Source: an uncultured Clostridia bacterium
GTDB taxonomy: Bacteria; Bacillota; Clostridia; Christensenellales; CAG-314
NCBI GenBank assembly: GCA_947630425.1
Contig: CANRHN010000004.1
Span: 1-61,832 of the forward strand
Reading direction: 5' to 3'
Length of the DNA stretch: 61,832 bases
Part shown: in pieces, positions 46,592 to 57,300 of the stretch
How positions within the stretch are numbered: position 1 is the stretch's first letter
Layout: each line of letters begins with the position of its first letter
The notes under the pieces: model-generated
Seen by the model: only the letters and a program-made list of their open reading frames with translations
The model's database searches: none
What the model was told of the DNA's origin: nothing
Program-made: the position numbers and the translations under genes

Positions 46592-47213
46592 TTTTTTCAT
46601 TGTAGTACTTGCAAAACTCTCGCACGGAGCAGCTGCCGCAAAGGGGTTTTTGCGCCTTGCAAACATACCTGCCGTGCAGCAAAATGTAGTGATGACTGTC
46701 CGCCCATTGCTCGCGCGGTATTGCTTCCATAAGCTGTTTTTCCGTGTCGAGAACGTTGTTTGCTTGCGCAATGCCCAAACGGTTGGAAACGCGAAAAACG
46801 TGCGTATCTACGGCTATCGCCTGTCCGCCGAAGCCGACCGCATACACCACGTTCGCCGTTTTGCGCCCCACTCCCGAAAGGGTCTGCAAATCGTTGAGAT
46901 TGTCGGGAATACTTCCGCCGAACCGTTCCACCACGTCCTGCGCCATCTGCTTGAGATGAGCCGCCTTGTTGTGGTAAAATCCGCAAGAGCGAATCAACTC
47001 CTCAATTCGTTCAATGGGCATCTCCGCAAGCGCGCCCACTGTGGGAGCTTCCGCAAACAGCGCGGGCGTAACAAGATTTACGCGCTTGTCGGTGCATTGC
47101 GCGGACAATATAACCGCCACAATCAGCTCATAAGGCGAGTTGAAGTGCAATTCGCTTTTGGCATTGGGAAAATCTTTTGAAAGTCTTTCTAAAATTGCTT
47201 TGGTGTCTGCCAT
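46584..47213 (-). CDS. nth: Endonuclease III
   Basis: LSAQCTDKRVN, HhH LSGVGRKTANVV, VDTHV and the C-terminal CKAQKPLCGSC...C cluster. Confidence 0.95.
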   Translation of the reverse strand: MADTKAILERLSKDFPNAKSELHFNSPYELIVAVILSAQCTDKRVNLVTPALFAEAPTVGALAEMPIERIEELIRSCGFYHNKAAHLKQMAQDVVERFGGSIPDNLNDLQTLSGVGRKTANVVYAVGFGGQAIAVDTHVFRVSNRLGIAQANNVLDTEKQLMEAIPREQWADSHHYILLHGRYVCKAQKPLCGSCSVREFCKYYNEKNV

Positions 47214-47348
47214 GTTTTTCTTGCTGAAAGGGAAAGGGTACAACAATACCGCTTACGTCGGCGCGTCGTTTTTTTTGACAAACGCGCAAATATCTACGAA
47301 TATCATTATACCCTATTTGTCGTAAATTTTCAAGAGTTTGCGCTCTAT

Positions 47349-47597
47349 TCACAAGCGTGTGAGCGTTCCGCCCGAGTAGCTGTTGCGAAACAGGAAAAAC
47401 CCCACAAAACTTTCGCCGACAAGCGCGTCGCGTACCCGAGGAAAATCGGCGCGCGCAATTTTAACGGACAGACCGCAGCCTACGCCCGCAGCGCGAGGCG
47501 TGGAAACAAGCGCGCAAGTCACCCCGTTGTTTTGCAAAAAATTGTAAGCGCGTATCGTCATGTTACGCGAACGGTACACAGCCAAAACATATTCCAT
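47349..47597 (-). CDS. DUF3343-family protein
   Basis: LVSTPRAAGVGCGLSVK motif. Start placed at MEYVL (47597), with an AGGAG RBS. Confidence 0.75.
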   Translation of the reverse strand: MEYVLAVYRSRNMTIRAYNFLQNNGVTCALVSTPRAAGVGCGLSVKIARADFPRVRDALVGESFVGFFLFRNSYSGGTLTRL

Positions 47598-47708
47598 AGC
47601 TTTCTCCTTATGTAAAAACGTGGTCGGCAACATAGCTGTGGCATACGGCAAAAATATTCCCATAGAATATATTACTGACAAAATTCAAAAAAGTGTGTGG
47701 AGAAAACC

Positions 47709-48842
47709 ATGATTTACCTTGACAATGCCGCCACAACCAATTACAAACCGCCCGAAGTGCTGAACGCCGTGATGGAATGTCTTACAAAGTACCCCTTTAA
47801 TCCCAATCGCAGCGGCAACAAGCTGGCTTTGCAATTGCAACAAAGACTGTACGAAACGCGGCGCAAGCTGCATCTGATGCTGAACAACGACAGCGAATTG
47901 CATGTTGCCTTCACCTCGGGTTGCACTGCCGCTCTCAACTTGGCTATACTCGGAACGGCTCAACGCGGACACATCGTAATCACGTCCACGGAACACAACT
48001 CCGTTCTGCGACCCGTGATGCAGCTCAAAAAGAAGGGCTACGTCGAAGTCTCCGTTGCTCAGCCGAACGCAAACGGAGAGGTAACGCCCGAGGAAGTGGA
48101 AAGGCTTTTACGTCCCGACACCTACCTTGTGTGCGCGTCACATGCAAGCAACGTTACGGGCACGGCGCAAAATGTGGCGGAAATCGGGCGCGTAACGCGC
48201 CGACGCAACGTAAAATTGCTTGTGGACTGCGCTCAAAGCATGGGCTACATACCGTTGGATATGGAAAAGTGCAATGTAGACATGGTAGCCATAGCCGCTC
48301 ACAAGGGCTTGCACGCCATGCAGGGGGCTGGAGCGTTGATATTCAACAAAAGATCCATTCCGCGCCCTATAACCTTTGGGGGAACGGGAACGGAAAGCCA
48401 CCTGTACTTTCAGCCCTCAACCGTGCCCGACGCGTTGGAAAGCGGCACGCTGCCCTGCCCCGCCATAATGGCTATGAACGCGGGATTGGATTGGTGGCTT
48501 GCCAATTGGAAGCATAACCGCGAGGTCGTTACGGAAATGCAAAGCACCATTCTCGACGGTCTCAAAAAAATTCACGGCGTAACGCTCTACTCCCGAAACA
48601 ACAAAAGCGGAATTGTCGCTTTCAACGTGGGAAAGCGCGACAGCACGGAAATTGCCGATTTGCTTTCCGAACGGTTCGACATTGCGGTTCGCGGCGGCTT
48701 GCAGTGCGCACCGCTAATGCACAAGTACCTCGGCACTTCGGAGCAAGGCGCAGTAAGGGCTTCCGTAAGCTGCATAACGGAAAAAGAGGAATGCTACTCC
48801 CTGCTGAACGCGGTAGAACAGCTTGCCAAAACAAGTATCTGA
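47709..48842 (+). CDS. Cysteine desulfurase-family aminotransferase class V
   Basis: IYLDNAATT, EHNSVLRP, HASNVTG, DCAQS, AAHKGL (PLP Lys), RGGLQCAP. Confidence 0.9.
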   Translation: MIYLDNAATTNYKPPEVLNAVMECLTKYPFNPNRSGNKLALQLQQRLYETRRKLHLMLNNDSELHVAFTSGCTAALNLAILGTAQRGHIVITSTEHNSVLRPVMQLKKKGYVEVSVAQPNANGEVTPEEVERLLRPDTYLVCASHASNVTGTAQNVAEIGRVTRRRNVKLLVDCAQSMGYIPLDMEKCNVDMVAIAAHKGLHAMQGAGALIFNKRSIPRPITFGGTGTESHLYFQPSTVPDALESGTLPCPAIMAMNAGLDWWLANWKHNREVVTEMQSTILDGLKKIHGVTLYSRNNKSGIVAFNVGKRDSTEIADLLSERFDIAVRGGLQCAPLMHKYLGTSEQGAVRASVSCITEKEECYSLLNAVEQLAKTSI

Positions 48843-48856
48843 ACAGGCGTCTGAAC

Positions 48857-48885
48857 AAGCAACCTTAAACAAGGTTGCTTTTTTT
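48857..48885 (+). terminator. Terminator after the cysteine desulfurase gene
   Basis: aagcaacctt-aaac-aaggttgctt-ttttt. Confidence 0.8.
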
Positions 48886-49005
48886 GACGTGTTGGGTTAT
48901 AATAACTGACGGTAGCAGGGCTTGTCGTAATTTTCCGCATGCGAGTACGCTTGCGACAATTCGGCGAACACATAAAGCGCGAAAAATCTGCCGCTCGGAG
49001 CAACA

Positions 49006-50172
49006 ATGTCATATACAATCTATCTCAAAAAGGGAAAGCAACACCGCATAATCAACGGACGTCCGTGGGTCTACGCCAACGAGACGGCGCGCATTGTCGG
49101 CAAAGACAAAAACGGCGCGCTGGCAAAGGTATGCACCTTTGACGGCGACTACGTGGGAAGCGGCTTTATCAACCACGCTTCCAAAATTCTTGTACGCATA
49201 CTGATACGCGACGGTCGCGAGGACGCGGACAACGTGATAGCCGAGCGCATACATCTTGCCAACCAACGCCGAAAGGAACTCGGCTACGACAACTGTTACC
49301 GCGCGATATTTGCCGAAGCGGACGGTCTGCCCGGACTTGTTGCGGACAAGTACGGCGATTACCTGTCGGTGCAAATTTTGTCGTTGGGCATGTACCTGCG
49401 CAAAAAAATCATTGTGGACGCGCTTGTAAAGGAATTTGCGCCCAAGGGAATTTACGAACGCTCGGACGTGTCCGTTCGCACAAAGGAAGGCTTGCCCGAG
49501 GAAACGGGCGTGCTGTACGGCGAAGTGCCCGATTGGATTCCCGTTACGGAAAACGGTTTGAAAATGGTCGTCAACGTGCGGAACGGACAAAAAACGGGTT
49601 ACTTCCTCGACCAAAAGGAAAACAGACTTGCGTTGCGCCGCTACGCCAAGGGCGAGGTGCTGGATTGCTTTTGCAACAGCGGCGGATTTGCACTGAACGC
49701 GGCAATGAAGGCAGCTCGCGTTACCGCCGTGGACGCGTCGGAGCTTGCGCTGCAAAACGTGCGTTTGAACGCCGAGCTAAACGGATTTACCAACATCGAA
49801 ACGGTGTGCGCGGACGTGTTCGAGCTGTTGCGCGCCTACCGCAAAGAAGCGCGAACGTTCGATTGCATTGTGCTTGATCCGCCCGCATTTGCCAAGACGG
49901 CAAACGAAACGCAAGACGCTTTGCGCGGCTACACGGACATAAACTCTTTGGCTCTGAAGCTTGTCAAAAGCGGCGGTTATCTTATCAGCTGCAGCTGTTC
50001 TCACTTTGTTTCGCAGCCTGCGTTTGAAAAAATGCTTGCGGAAGCGGCTTTGCGCAGCGGAAAGCAGGTCCAATGCCTCGAGGTGCGCTCGCAATCGCCC
50101 GACCACCCCACCTTGTTTGCGGCTGACGAAACGCACTACCTCAAATGCTTTGTGCTGAGAGTGTGCAACTGA
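49006..50172 (+). CDS. RlmI-like class I SAM-dependent rRNA methyltransferase (PUA domain)
   Basis: GRPWVYANE, EADGLPGL, GQKTGYFLDQKENR, VLDPPAF. Confidence 0.9.
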   Translation: MSYTIYLKKGKQHRIINGRPWVYANETARIVGKDKNGALAKVCTFDGDYVGSGFINHASKILVRILIRDGREDADNVIAERIHLANQRRKELGYDNCYRAIFAEADGLPGLVADKYGDYLSVQILSLGMYLRKKIIVDALVKEFAPKGIYERSDVSVRTKEGLPEETGVLYGEVPDWIPVTENGLKMVVNVRNGQKTGYFLDQKENRLALRRYAKGEVLDCFCNSGGFALNAAMKAARVTAVDASELALQNVRLNAELNGFTNIETVCADVFELLRAYRKEARTFDCIVLDPPAFAKTANETQDALRGYTDINSLALKLVKSGGYLISCSCSHFVSQPAFEKMLAEAALRSGKQVQCLEVRSQSPDHPTLFAADETHYLKCFVLRVCN

Positions 50173-50197
50173 AAGAACGAATTGTAGAACTACACAC

Positions 50198-50230
50198 AAA
50201 AAAAAGCACCGAAAGTTCCGGTGCTTTTTT
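50198..50230. terminator. Bidirectional terminator
   Basis: aaaaaagcaccg-aaagttc-cggtgctttttt between convergent genes. Confidence 0.8.
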
Positions 50231-50242
50231 GAATGTTGATTT

Positions 50243-51871
50243 TTATTCTTCGGTATGGTCGTTGTTGTCGTCGGAATTTGCGTCCTGACCGTTTGCGTTG
50301 CTTGCATTGTAACGAGCGTCAGACGTTGCTTGCTTGGGTTTGATGCAAAGAAGAACAACAATTCCCACTGCGGACAAGCCTGCGATCACGTAAAGCACAA
50401 TCTTCCATGCGGCAACACGCGCGTTGGTTTGGGCTTGCTCGGGCGCATAAGTCACCCTCAACAACATTTCGGGATGATACTCAAGTTCGTCGCCCGCTTT
50501 TGCAACGCCACGGTTGTGGTAAGTATCTTCTACCGTGTAAACGATTTTGTAAACAGCCTCGTCCCTTACGTCTTCGGCAAGCGGAGTGATTACGCCGCTT
50601 GTGGAAATGTTGTTTTCGTAGCCTTTGGTAACCTTGTCAGAGCTTTTGCTGCTGTCGAAAATCAACAGCCAACCGTCCTCGGCTTCCTTGACATCCTTGC
50701 CGACGTTTTTGTAAACAAGGTACGTCACTGTGGTGCTTGAGCAATCGGTGATGTCGAGAGAGGTTGAAACAGAATAGTTTGTGCCGACGACAAGTCCGTC
50801 ACGCACTTTGTTTTCCTGAGTTGTCGAAAGCTTGATTACCGGAGCGGTGTTGTCTTTGGTCCAATAAGCAAGTCTGCATTTTGCTCTTTCGTCCTCGATC
50901 TCTTGGTCGGAGTACGTTCCGGCGTCAATCATTTCCTGCGCCTTGTCGTAGGTGGTTGCAAGAAGGTCCTCTTCCTTGAAGCTGTACCCCGAGACGCTGC
51001 CTTTTTCGCCGTCAACAACGCCGAAACGGAAGAACCATGTGCCGTAGCTGGTAAGGCTCAACGTGCCCGTAACCTGACAGCGACTCCAATCCTCGATGTC
51101 CTCGTTTTCCGAACCGCTGGGGCTGATATAGAACAGATAGATGTAGTCGTCGTGAACAACCGCTTTCTCCGCTTCCTCTTCTGTTTCCTTCCAAACTGCG
51201 GAAACGGTGATGTTGTGCGCAGGCATTGCGATATCGGCTCCTGCGGCAAACACGCCGACAAGGTGTACCGGCAGCTCCGGAGTTTCCTCTCCCTCTACGG
51301 GCGTGTAAGAAATCTCCCAACCCGCAAAGTAAGCGCGAGGCTTTTTCTCCGTTTGCGGCTCGGAGTCGCCGCCGTCGGACGAATCACCTTCTACGGGAAC
51401 ATCGTCCTCTATCACTATGGGCGCAGAGTGCAATTTGAAATGCTGAGTTTCCTTGTAAGAATCATCGGAAACAGTGGTATTCGTGTACTTGTTATCTTCC
51501 TCAACGGGATTTTTCAAGTCGTAGGTAACGGTATACTCGGTTTCCTTTCCTTCAAGATCCGCTTTGGGCTGATATCTGTAGTTTATGCCGGGGAAAATGT
51601 CGTGTACCTTTTGCGCATCCTCCCACCACTTGTTTGCAAACATAAACTCACGGTTCATTTCAAGATAGAAGTCGTCGCCGCGTTGTTCGCCGTCCTCGTT
51701 ACCCTTGTACTTCAAAACATGGTTTTGGTAAGCTTCCAAATCGAAGCTTACCCTACTTGTTTCGGAGCCGCCCGTAGACGGGTCGGGTTCTTCGGCAAAC
51801 GCCACTGCGGTCACTGTAAACAAGCTGACAAGCAGTGCGATCACTATCAAAATACTAAAATATTTCTTCAT
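50243..51871 (-). CDS. Hypothetical acidic secreted protein with a C-terminal TM anchor (about 542 aa)
   Basis: Signal peptide MKKYFSILIVIALLVSLFTVTAVAFA-EE, GGAGG RBS, C-terminal WKIVLYVIAGLSAVGIVVLLCI. TTGACA-17-TAAAAT upstream. Confidence 0.85.
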   Translation of the reverse strand: MKKYFSILIVIALLVSLFTVTAVAFAEEPDPSTGGSETSRVSFDLEAYQNHVLKYKGNEDGEQRGDDFYLEMNREFMFANKWWEDAQKVHDIFPGINYRYQPKADLEGKETEYTVTYDLKNPVEEDNKYTNTTVSDDSYKETQHFKLHSAPIVIEDDVPVEGDSSDGGDSEPQTEKKPRAYFAGWEISYTPVEGEETPELPVHLVGVFAAGADIAMPAHNITVSAVWKETEEEAEKAVVHDDYIYLFYISPSGSENEDIEDWSRCQVTGTLSLTSYGTWFFRFGVVDGEKGSVSGYSFKEEDLLATTYDKAQEMIDAGTYSDQEIEDERAKCRLAYWTKDNTAPVIKLSTTQENKVRDGLVVGTNYSVSTSLDITDCSSTTVTYLVYKNVGKDVKEAEDGWLLIFDSSKSSDKVTKGYENNISTSGVITPLAEDVRDEAVYKIVYTVEDTYHNRGVAKAGDELEYHPEMLLRVTYAPEQAQTNARVAAWKIVLYVIAGLSAVGIVVLLCIKPKQATSDARYNASNANGQDANSDDNNDHTEE

Positions 51872-52088
51872 TGTTCCTCCGAAGGGTCTCAAGACCCAAC
51901 TTTTCGTGCGCGACAAAAAACGTGCGTCTTTTACCGCATATAGTGTTATTTTACATTTATTCCAAAATATTGTCAACTACTTGTAAATATAAAATAAACA
52001 AATTGTGCAAAAACACAATTTTCCGACGTTGCATAGTATGAAAATGAGGCAATGCCTTTTTTACGCAAGAACGGCAAAGGAGCAACGT

Positions 52089-52598
52089 TTGAGGGTTTTT
52101 ACGGTTGCGGTGACGGCGATAGTCGTGTCGCTGGATAGCTTTATGGCGGGGTTCAGCCTTTCGCTAAACAAGCGTGCCGATTGCACGTTGCCGTCGGCGG
52201 TTGCGCTGATAACGCTGCTGTTGTGTTTGCTCACTTCCTTTGCGGGAATGGCTCTGCAGTACATCGACGAACAATTCGTCGATTACTTTGGCGGAGCGTT
52301 GTTGTTTTTGCTTGCCGCGTTTGCGCTGTTCAAAAAGGAAGAAGTGCGCAACAACCTTGCCTCGGTAAGCGTGGGAGAAAGCCTCGTTATAGGCGTCGCG
52401 GTGGGTATGGACGCCGCAATTGCCAACCTTTCCTTTGTCGGAGAGGGCTTGGAGTGGGTGACGCCCATAGTTTTTGCCGTGACCCACTACCTGACGGTAA
52501 CGCTTGGGCAGGTGTTGGCAAAAAAAGTGCGGCTTGCGCACACAAACATTGTGTCTGCCGTGCTGCTTGCCACACTTGCCATTACAAAATTGTTTTGA
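52089..52598 (+). CDS. MntP/YtaF-family membrane protein
   Basis: VSLDSFMAGFS and AVGMDAAIA repeats. TTG start after AAAGGAG. Confidence 0.75.
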   Translation: MRVFTVAVTAIVVSLDSFMAGFSLSLNKRADCTLPSAVALITLLLCLLTSFAGMALQYIDEQFVDYFGGALLFLLAAFALFKKEEVRNNLASVSVGESLVIGVAVGMDAAIANLSFVGEGLEWVTPIVFAVTHYLTVTLGQVLAKKVRLAHTNIVSAVLLATLAITKLF

Positions 52599-52680
52599 AA
52601 AGCGCAAAGCCCGATGTGATCAAATTGCCCTGCGTTTTGCGAACGAACAAAAACCGTTTTCAAACAAACGAGCCTTTACT

Positions 52681-53466
52681 TCAATCCAAACCGTCGCTCG
52701 TTGTGGGATTGACAAAGAGCGGGACGCCGTCGCTGTCGCCGTCGTCGCTGTCGGAAAACTGCTCCACGTACTTGGCGATATCGAAACGTCCCCAAGGCTC
52801 TGTTTGGGGCGGGTAAGAGACAAAGACCATGTGTTCCTTGGAAACGGGGTGGTCAAACTCCAGCCTGTACGCCCACAAAGCCAAATTGCAACCGCGCTGC
52901 ACGTCGCCGCCGTAACGAACGTCTCCGAAAACGGGACAGTTGATGGCGGAAAACTGCACGCGTATCTGATGACTGCGCCCCGTGCCCAGCTGCACCTTGA
53001 CAAGCGTCAATTTGTCGCGCTTTTCCAACGTCTCGTAGCTAAGCTCCGCGCGTTTTGCGTCATGGTCTCCAAACGTTGCGACATAGACGTTGTTGGTCAA
53101 GGCGTTCTTTTTGAGGTAGTTTACCAAAGTGCCCTTGTGTTCGCGAGGCGCGCCGACCACCGTTGTAAGATACTGCTTGGTCATTTCGCCCTCCGCTATC
53201 TGACGGGAAAGCCTCTCCGCCGCCTTGCTGTTTTTTGCAAACACCATCACGCCTCCCGTAGGACGATCCAATCTGTGAACAAGCCCCAAGTACACGTTGC
53301 CGGGCTTGGAGTACTTTTCTTTCAGGTACTGCTTGAGCAACGTCAGCAGGTCGAGGTCTCCGCTTTGATCCGCTTGGCTGGGAATGTTTTGCGGCTTGAC
53401 CACCACAAGCACGCTGTTGTCCTCGTGCAAAATCGCCACGTCGTCCATTGTAAAGGTTCTACTCAT
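52681..53466 (-). CDS. RluA-family pseudouridine synthase
   Basis: VVVKPQNIPSQ, VHRLDRPTGG, GTGRSHQIRVQ, LWAYRLEFDHP. Confidence 0.92.
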   Translation of the reverse strand: MSRTFTMDDVAILHEDNSVLVVVKPQNIPSQADQSGDLDLLTLLKQYLKEKYSKPGNVYLGLVHRLDRPTGGVMVFAKNSKAAERLSRQIAEGEMTKQYLTTVVGAPREHKGTLVNYLKKNALTNNVYVATFGDHDAKRAELSYETLEKRDKLTLVKVQLGTGRSHQIRVQFSAINCPVFGDVRYGGDVQRGCNLALWAYRLEFDHPVSKEHMVFVSYPPQTEPWGRFDIAKYVEQFSDSDDGDSDGVPLFVNPTTSDGLD

Positions 53467-54325
53467 GTTTTTCTCCTTTGGTCCACAAGCCGCTTGCGCC
53501 GCAAGGAAGCACCGTTCCTTCGTCCGTGGGCAGCCCCACCTCGTAGGACGTCACCTCGCCGCGCGGAAAGCTAAGCTTGAGCAAATTGCTCAACACTGCC
53601 GGTTGAAGTCCCGTTGTGTAGCTGTTGAGCAGCACAAACAACGGGTCGTCGGAAAGCACCTCGGCGCACAAACGCAAAAAGTCGTGTATGTCCCGCTCGA
53701 GCTTCCACTCCTCGCCGCTTGCGCCGCGACCGAAGCTGGGCGGATCTAACACAATTGCGTCATAGCGGTTGCCGCGACGTATTTCTCGCTTGACAAACTT
53801 GCGACAATCGTCCACGATGTAGCGCACGGGCTTGTCGGAAAGCCCCGAAAGGGCAACGTTGTCCTTTGCCATTTCCACCATGTTTTTGGCGGCGTCCACG
53901 TGACAAACGCTTGCTCCCGCCGAAAGACACGCCACCGTTGCGCCGCCCGTGTAAGCAAAAAGGTTAAGCACGCTTATCGGTCGGTTTGCGCGCTCAATCA
54001 AATCTGTCATGGTTGCCCAATTTGCCGCCTGTTCGGGAAACAACCCCGTATGCTTAAAGTTCATCGGGCGCACGCGGAATTTGAGATTTTTCCACCCCAC
54101 CACCCAATTTTCGGGCAATTTGCGTTCGAACTCCCAATGTCCCCCGCCACTCGAGGAACGAATGTAGCGCGCGTCCGCTTTGCATAATTCGAGAAGGGGA
54201 CGCTCGGCGTGCCAAATGACCTGCGGATCGGGGCGCAGCAACACCACGTCCTTCCACCGCTCCAATTTTTCGCCGTCTCCCGTGGCAATTATTCTGTAAT
54301 CCTTCCAATCGTTGTTGATTTTCAT
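53459..54325 (-). CDS. Class I SAM-dependent methyltransferase (RlmI/RlmK-related, PUA-less)
   Basis: GDGEKLERW, FKHTGLFPEQ, LNLFAYTGGA, IVLDPPSFGRG. Start placed at MKINND (54325). Confidence 0.85.
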   Translation of the reverse strand: MKINNDWKDYRIIATGDGEKLERWKDVVLLRPDPQVIWHAERPLLELCKADARYIRSSSGGGHWEFERKLPENWVVGWKNLKFRVRPMNFKHTGLFPEQAANWATMTDLIERANRPISVLNLFAYTGGATVACLSAGASVCHVDAAKNMVEMAKDNVALSGLSDKPVRYIVDDCRKFVKREIRRGNRYDAIVLDPPSFGRGASGEEWKLERDIHDFLRLCAEVLSDDPLFVLLNSYTTGLQPAVLSNLLKLSFPRGEVTSYEVGLPTDEGTVLPCGASGLWTKGEKHE

Positions 54326-57300
54326 TTTGCTTTGGTGAGATGCAGAGTAAATTTTTCGCCGTTGACGTCCCACTCCTTGGAGTAAGAACCGCTTTTAGCC
54401 GGCAAAACGCTGTCCGCAAGACAGCCGTTGGCAATTTCCGCGGCGTTGTCGGCAAACACCTTTGCAAGGTGAGCGTCCGCCTCGTAGCCCACGTTGATGT
54501 GGTCGGTCACGACAAAATCACATTCCTTGCGCATGGTTTGAATTTTGCTCACGATCTCCCGCACAGTACCCTCTTCTATAAGCTCCGGCGTGAGAGTGAC
54601 GTCCAACGCAACCGTGTCGCCGTGGTCGGACACCACCGAGTAGCCTTCCTTGTTTTTGGAGGAAATGAGCAAATCGCTTTCCTCCACTTCCACCTTGTCC
54701 GTTCCCAAATCGAGAACATACTTGCCGCCGTTTTTTACGCATTCCACAATTTCGCGCGCTTTTGAACCGATGTTTGCAAGCGTTTCGCGAATTTTGCCCA
54801 GCAGCTTTCCGTACTTGGGTCCAAGGGTTTTTAGCTGCGGTTTTATTTCGTAGTCGGCAAAACGGTCGGCGGAATCCACCGTCACAAGCTCCTTTACGTT
54901 CAGCTCGTTTTTGATGATTTCCGACATTTCTTCGTCTATCTTGCTGTTTGTTGCAACGTACATTCTGGAAAGGGGCTGACGGTTTTTGACGTTGGCGGCA
55001 TTGCGCGCGCTACGTCCCGACACCACCAAATCCAACACCTTTTCCATTGTTTGGTTGAGATGTTTGTTTATGCGTTTTTCGTCCGCCACGGGGAAGTCGC
55101 ACAAATGCACGCTGCGCGGAGCGTCCTCAAAACAATTGGCGGTTATGTTTTGGTAAATGCTTTCCGTAACAAAGGGGACAAAGGGCGCGGCAACCTTTAC
55201 CAACGCGTCCAGCACGGTGTACAGCGTCATATAAGCCGCTTCCTTGTCCGAGGTCCATTCGCTGCCCCAATATCTTTCGCGGCTGCGGCGAACGTACCAA
55301 TTGGAAAGCATGTCGGTAAAGCGTTCTATAGCGCGGGCGGATTCGGTAATTTCGTATTTATTTAACCCCATGTCCACCGTTTTGACAAGTTGATTGACTT
55401 CGGAGAGTATCCACTTGTCCATCAGAGTAAGCTTGCACTTGCGCAAATCGTACTTGCTCGGGTCAAAGTCGTCTATGTCGGCGTAGAGTACGTAAAAGGC
55501 GTAAGTGTTCCACAACGTGCCCAAAAATTTACGCTGCATTTCGCTGACCGCTTCGTCGTAGTAGCGGCTGGGCAGCCACGGAGAGGACGCCGTGTAGAAG
55601 TACCACCTTACCGCGTCTGCGCCCTGCTTGTTGAAGCTGTCCCACGGGTCCACCACGTTGCCCTTGTGCTTTGACATCTTTACGCCGTGTTCGTCCCCCA
55701 CCAAGCCCAACACAATGCAGTTTTTGAAGGGAGCTTTGCCGAACAGCAACGTAGAAACGGCAATCAGCACGTAAAACCAACCGCGAGTTTGATCCACCGC
55801 CTCGCTGATAAAGTCGGCAGGAAAGTTTTGCTCGAAAAGCTCTTTGTTTTCAAAGGGGTAATGGAACTGCGCATAAGGCATCGAACCGCTGTCAAACCAG
55901 CAGTCGATCACTTCCGGCGTGCGAACAAACTCGCCGCCGCAGTCGCACTTCCAAGTGCATTTGTCTATAAAGGGACGGTGAAGCTCTATGTCTTGGCTGC
56001 AACCGCATTTTTCCGCCAACTCGCGGCGACTGCCCACAACGTGTACCTTGCCGCATTTGTTGCAGATCCACACGGGAAGCGGCGTTCCCCAATATCTGTC
56101 GCGGGAAATGCCCCAATCGATGACGTTTTCGAGGAAGTTGCCCATACGTCCGCTGCCGATTGTGGGCGGAATCCAATTGATCGTGTTGTTGACGCGTATC
56201 AATTCGTCGCGTATGGCGGTGGTCTTGACGAACCAAGACTTGCGCGCATAGTAGATGAGCGGAGTGTCGCAACGCCAACAATGCGGGTAGCTGTGTTCGA
56301 ACATCAGCTCTGCCTGAAGCAAACCGCGCGATTTGAGATCCCTCAAAATCAGCTTGTCCGCATCCTTGCAGAACACGCCCGTCAGCTCTCCGCAGCCCTC
56401 GACAAACCTGCCGTCCTCGCCCACAAGCTGCACCAAAGGCAAGCCGTAGCGACGACCTACGTTGGCGTCGTCCTCGCCGAATGCGGGCGCAATGTGCACT
56501 ATGCCCGTGCCGTCGGTAAGCGTGACGTAGCTGTCGTTGGTAACGTAGTAACAGTCATGACCCGCAACGTCGGCGTAGCCGAACAGCGGCTTGTAGTGAA
56601 CGCGTTCGTAGCTGCTTCCCTTGCGACAATCCACCACCGTGTAAGAGCCCTCCTCAAAGTGCTTGGAAACAAGCTCTTTGGCAAGAATGTAACGCGCGCC
56701 GTCCTTTTCCACGGTTACGTAGTCGAAATCGGCGTTCATGCACAGCGCAACGTTGCTCGGCAACGTCCACGGGGTAGTCGTCCAAGCAAGAAAGTAGGTG
56801 TTCGGCTCGTCAACAAGCTCAAAGCGCGCAACGGCGGATTTTTCCTTGACGTCCTTGTAGCCCTGCGCCACTTCGTGAGAGCTGAGCGCAGTGCCGCAAC
56901 GCGGACAGTAGGGTACAATTTTGAAGCCCTTGTACAGCAGTCCCTTGTCGTAGATGGTTTTGAGCGCCCACCACTCCGACTCGATATAGTCGTTGTCGTA
57001 GGTGACGTAAGGGTGTTCCATGTCCGCCCAATATGCCACGCGCTCGGAAAGAGCTTCCCACTCGCCCTTGTACTTCCACACGGATTCCTTGCATTTGGCA
57101 ACGAAGGGCTCGATACCGTAGGCTTCTATCTGCTTTTTGCCGTCGATACCCAACTGCTTTTCCACTTCCAATTCTACGGGCAAGCCGTGAGTGTCCCAGC
57201 CCGCCTTGCGCAGCACCTTTTTACCCTTCATCACCTGATAACGCGGGATCAAATCCTTGATTGAACGCGTCAAAACGTGCCCGATGTGCGGCTTGCCGTT

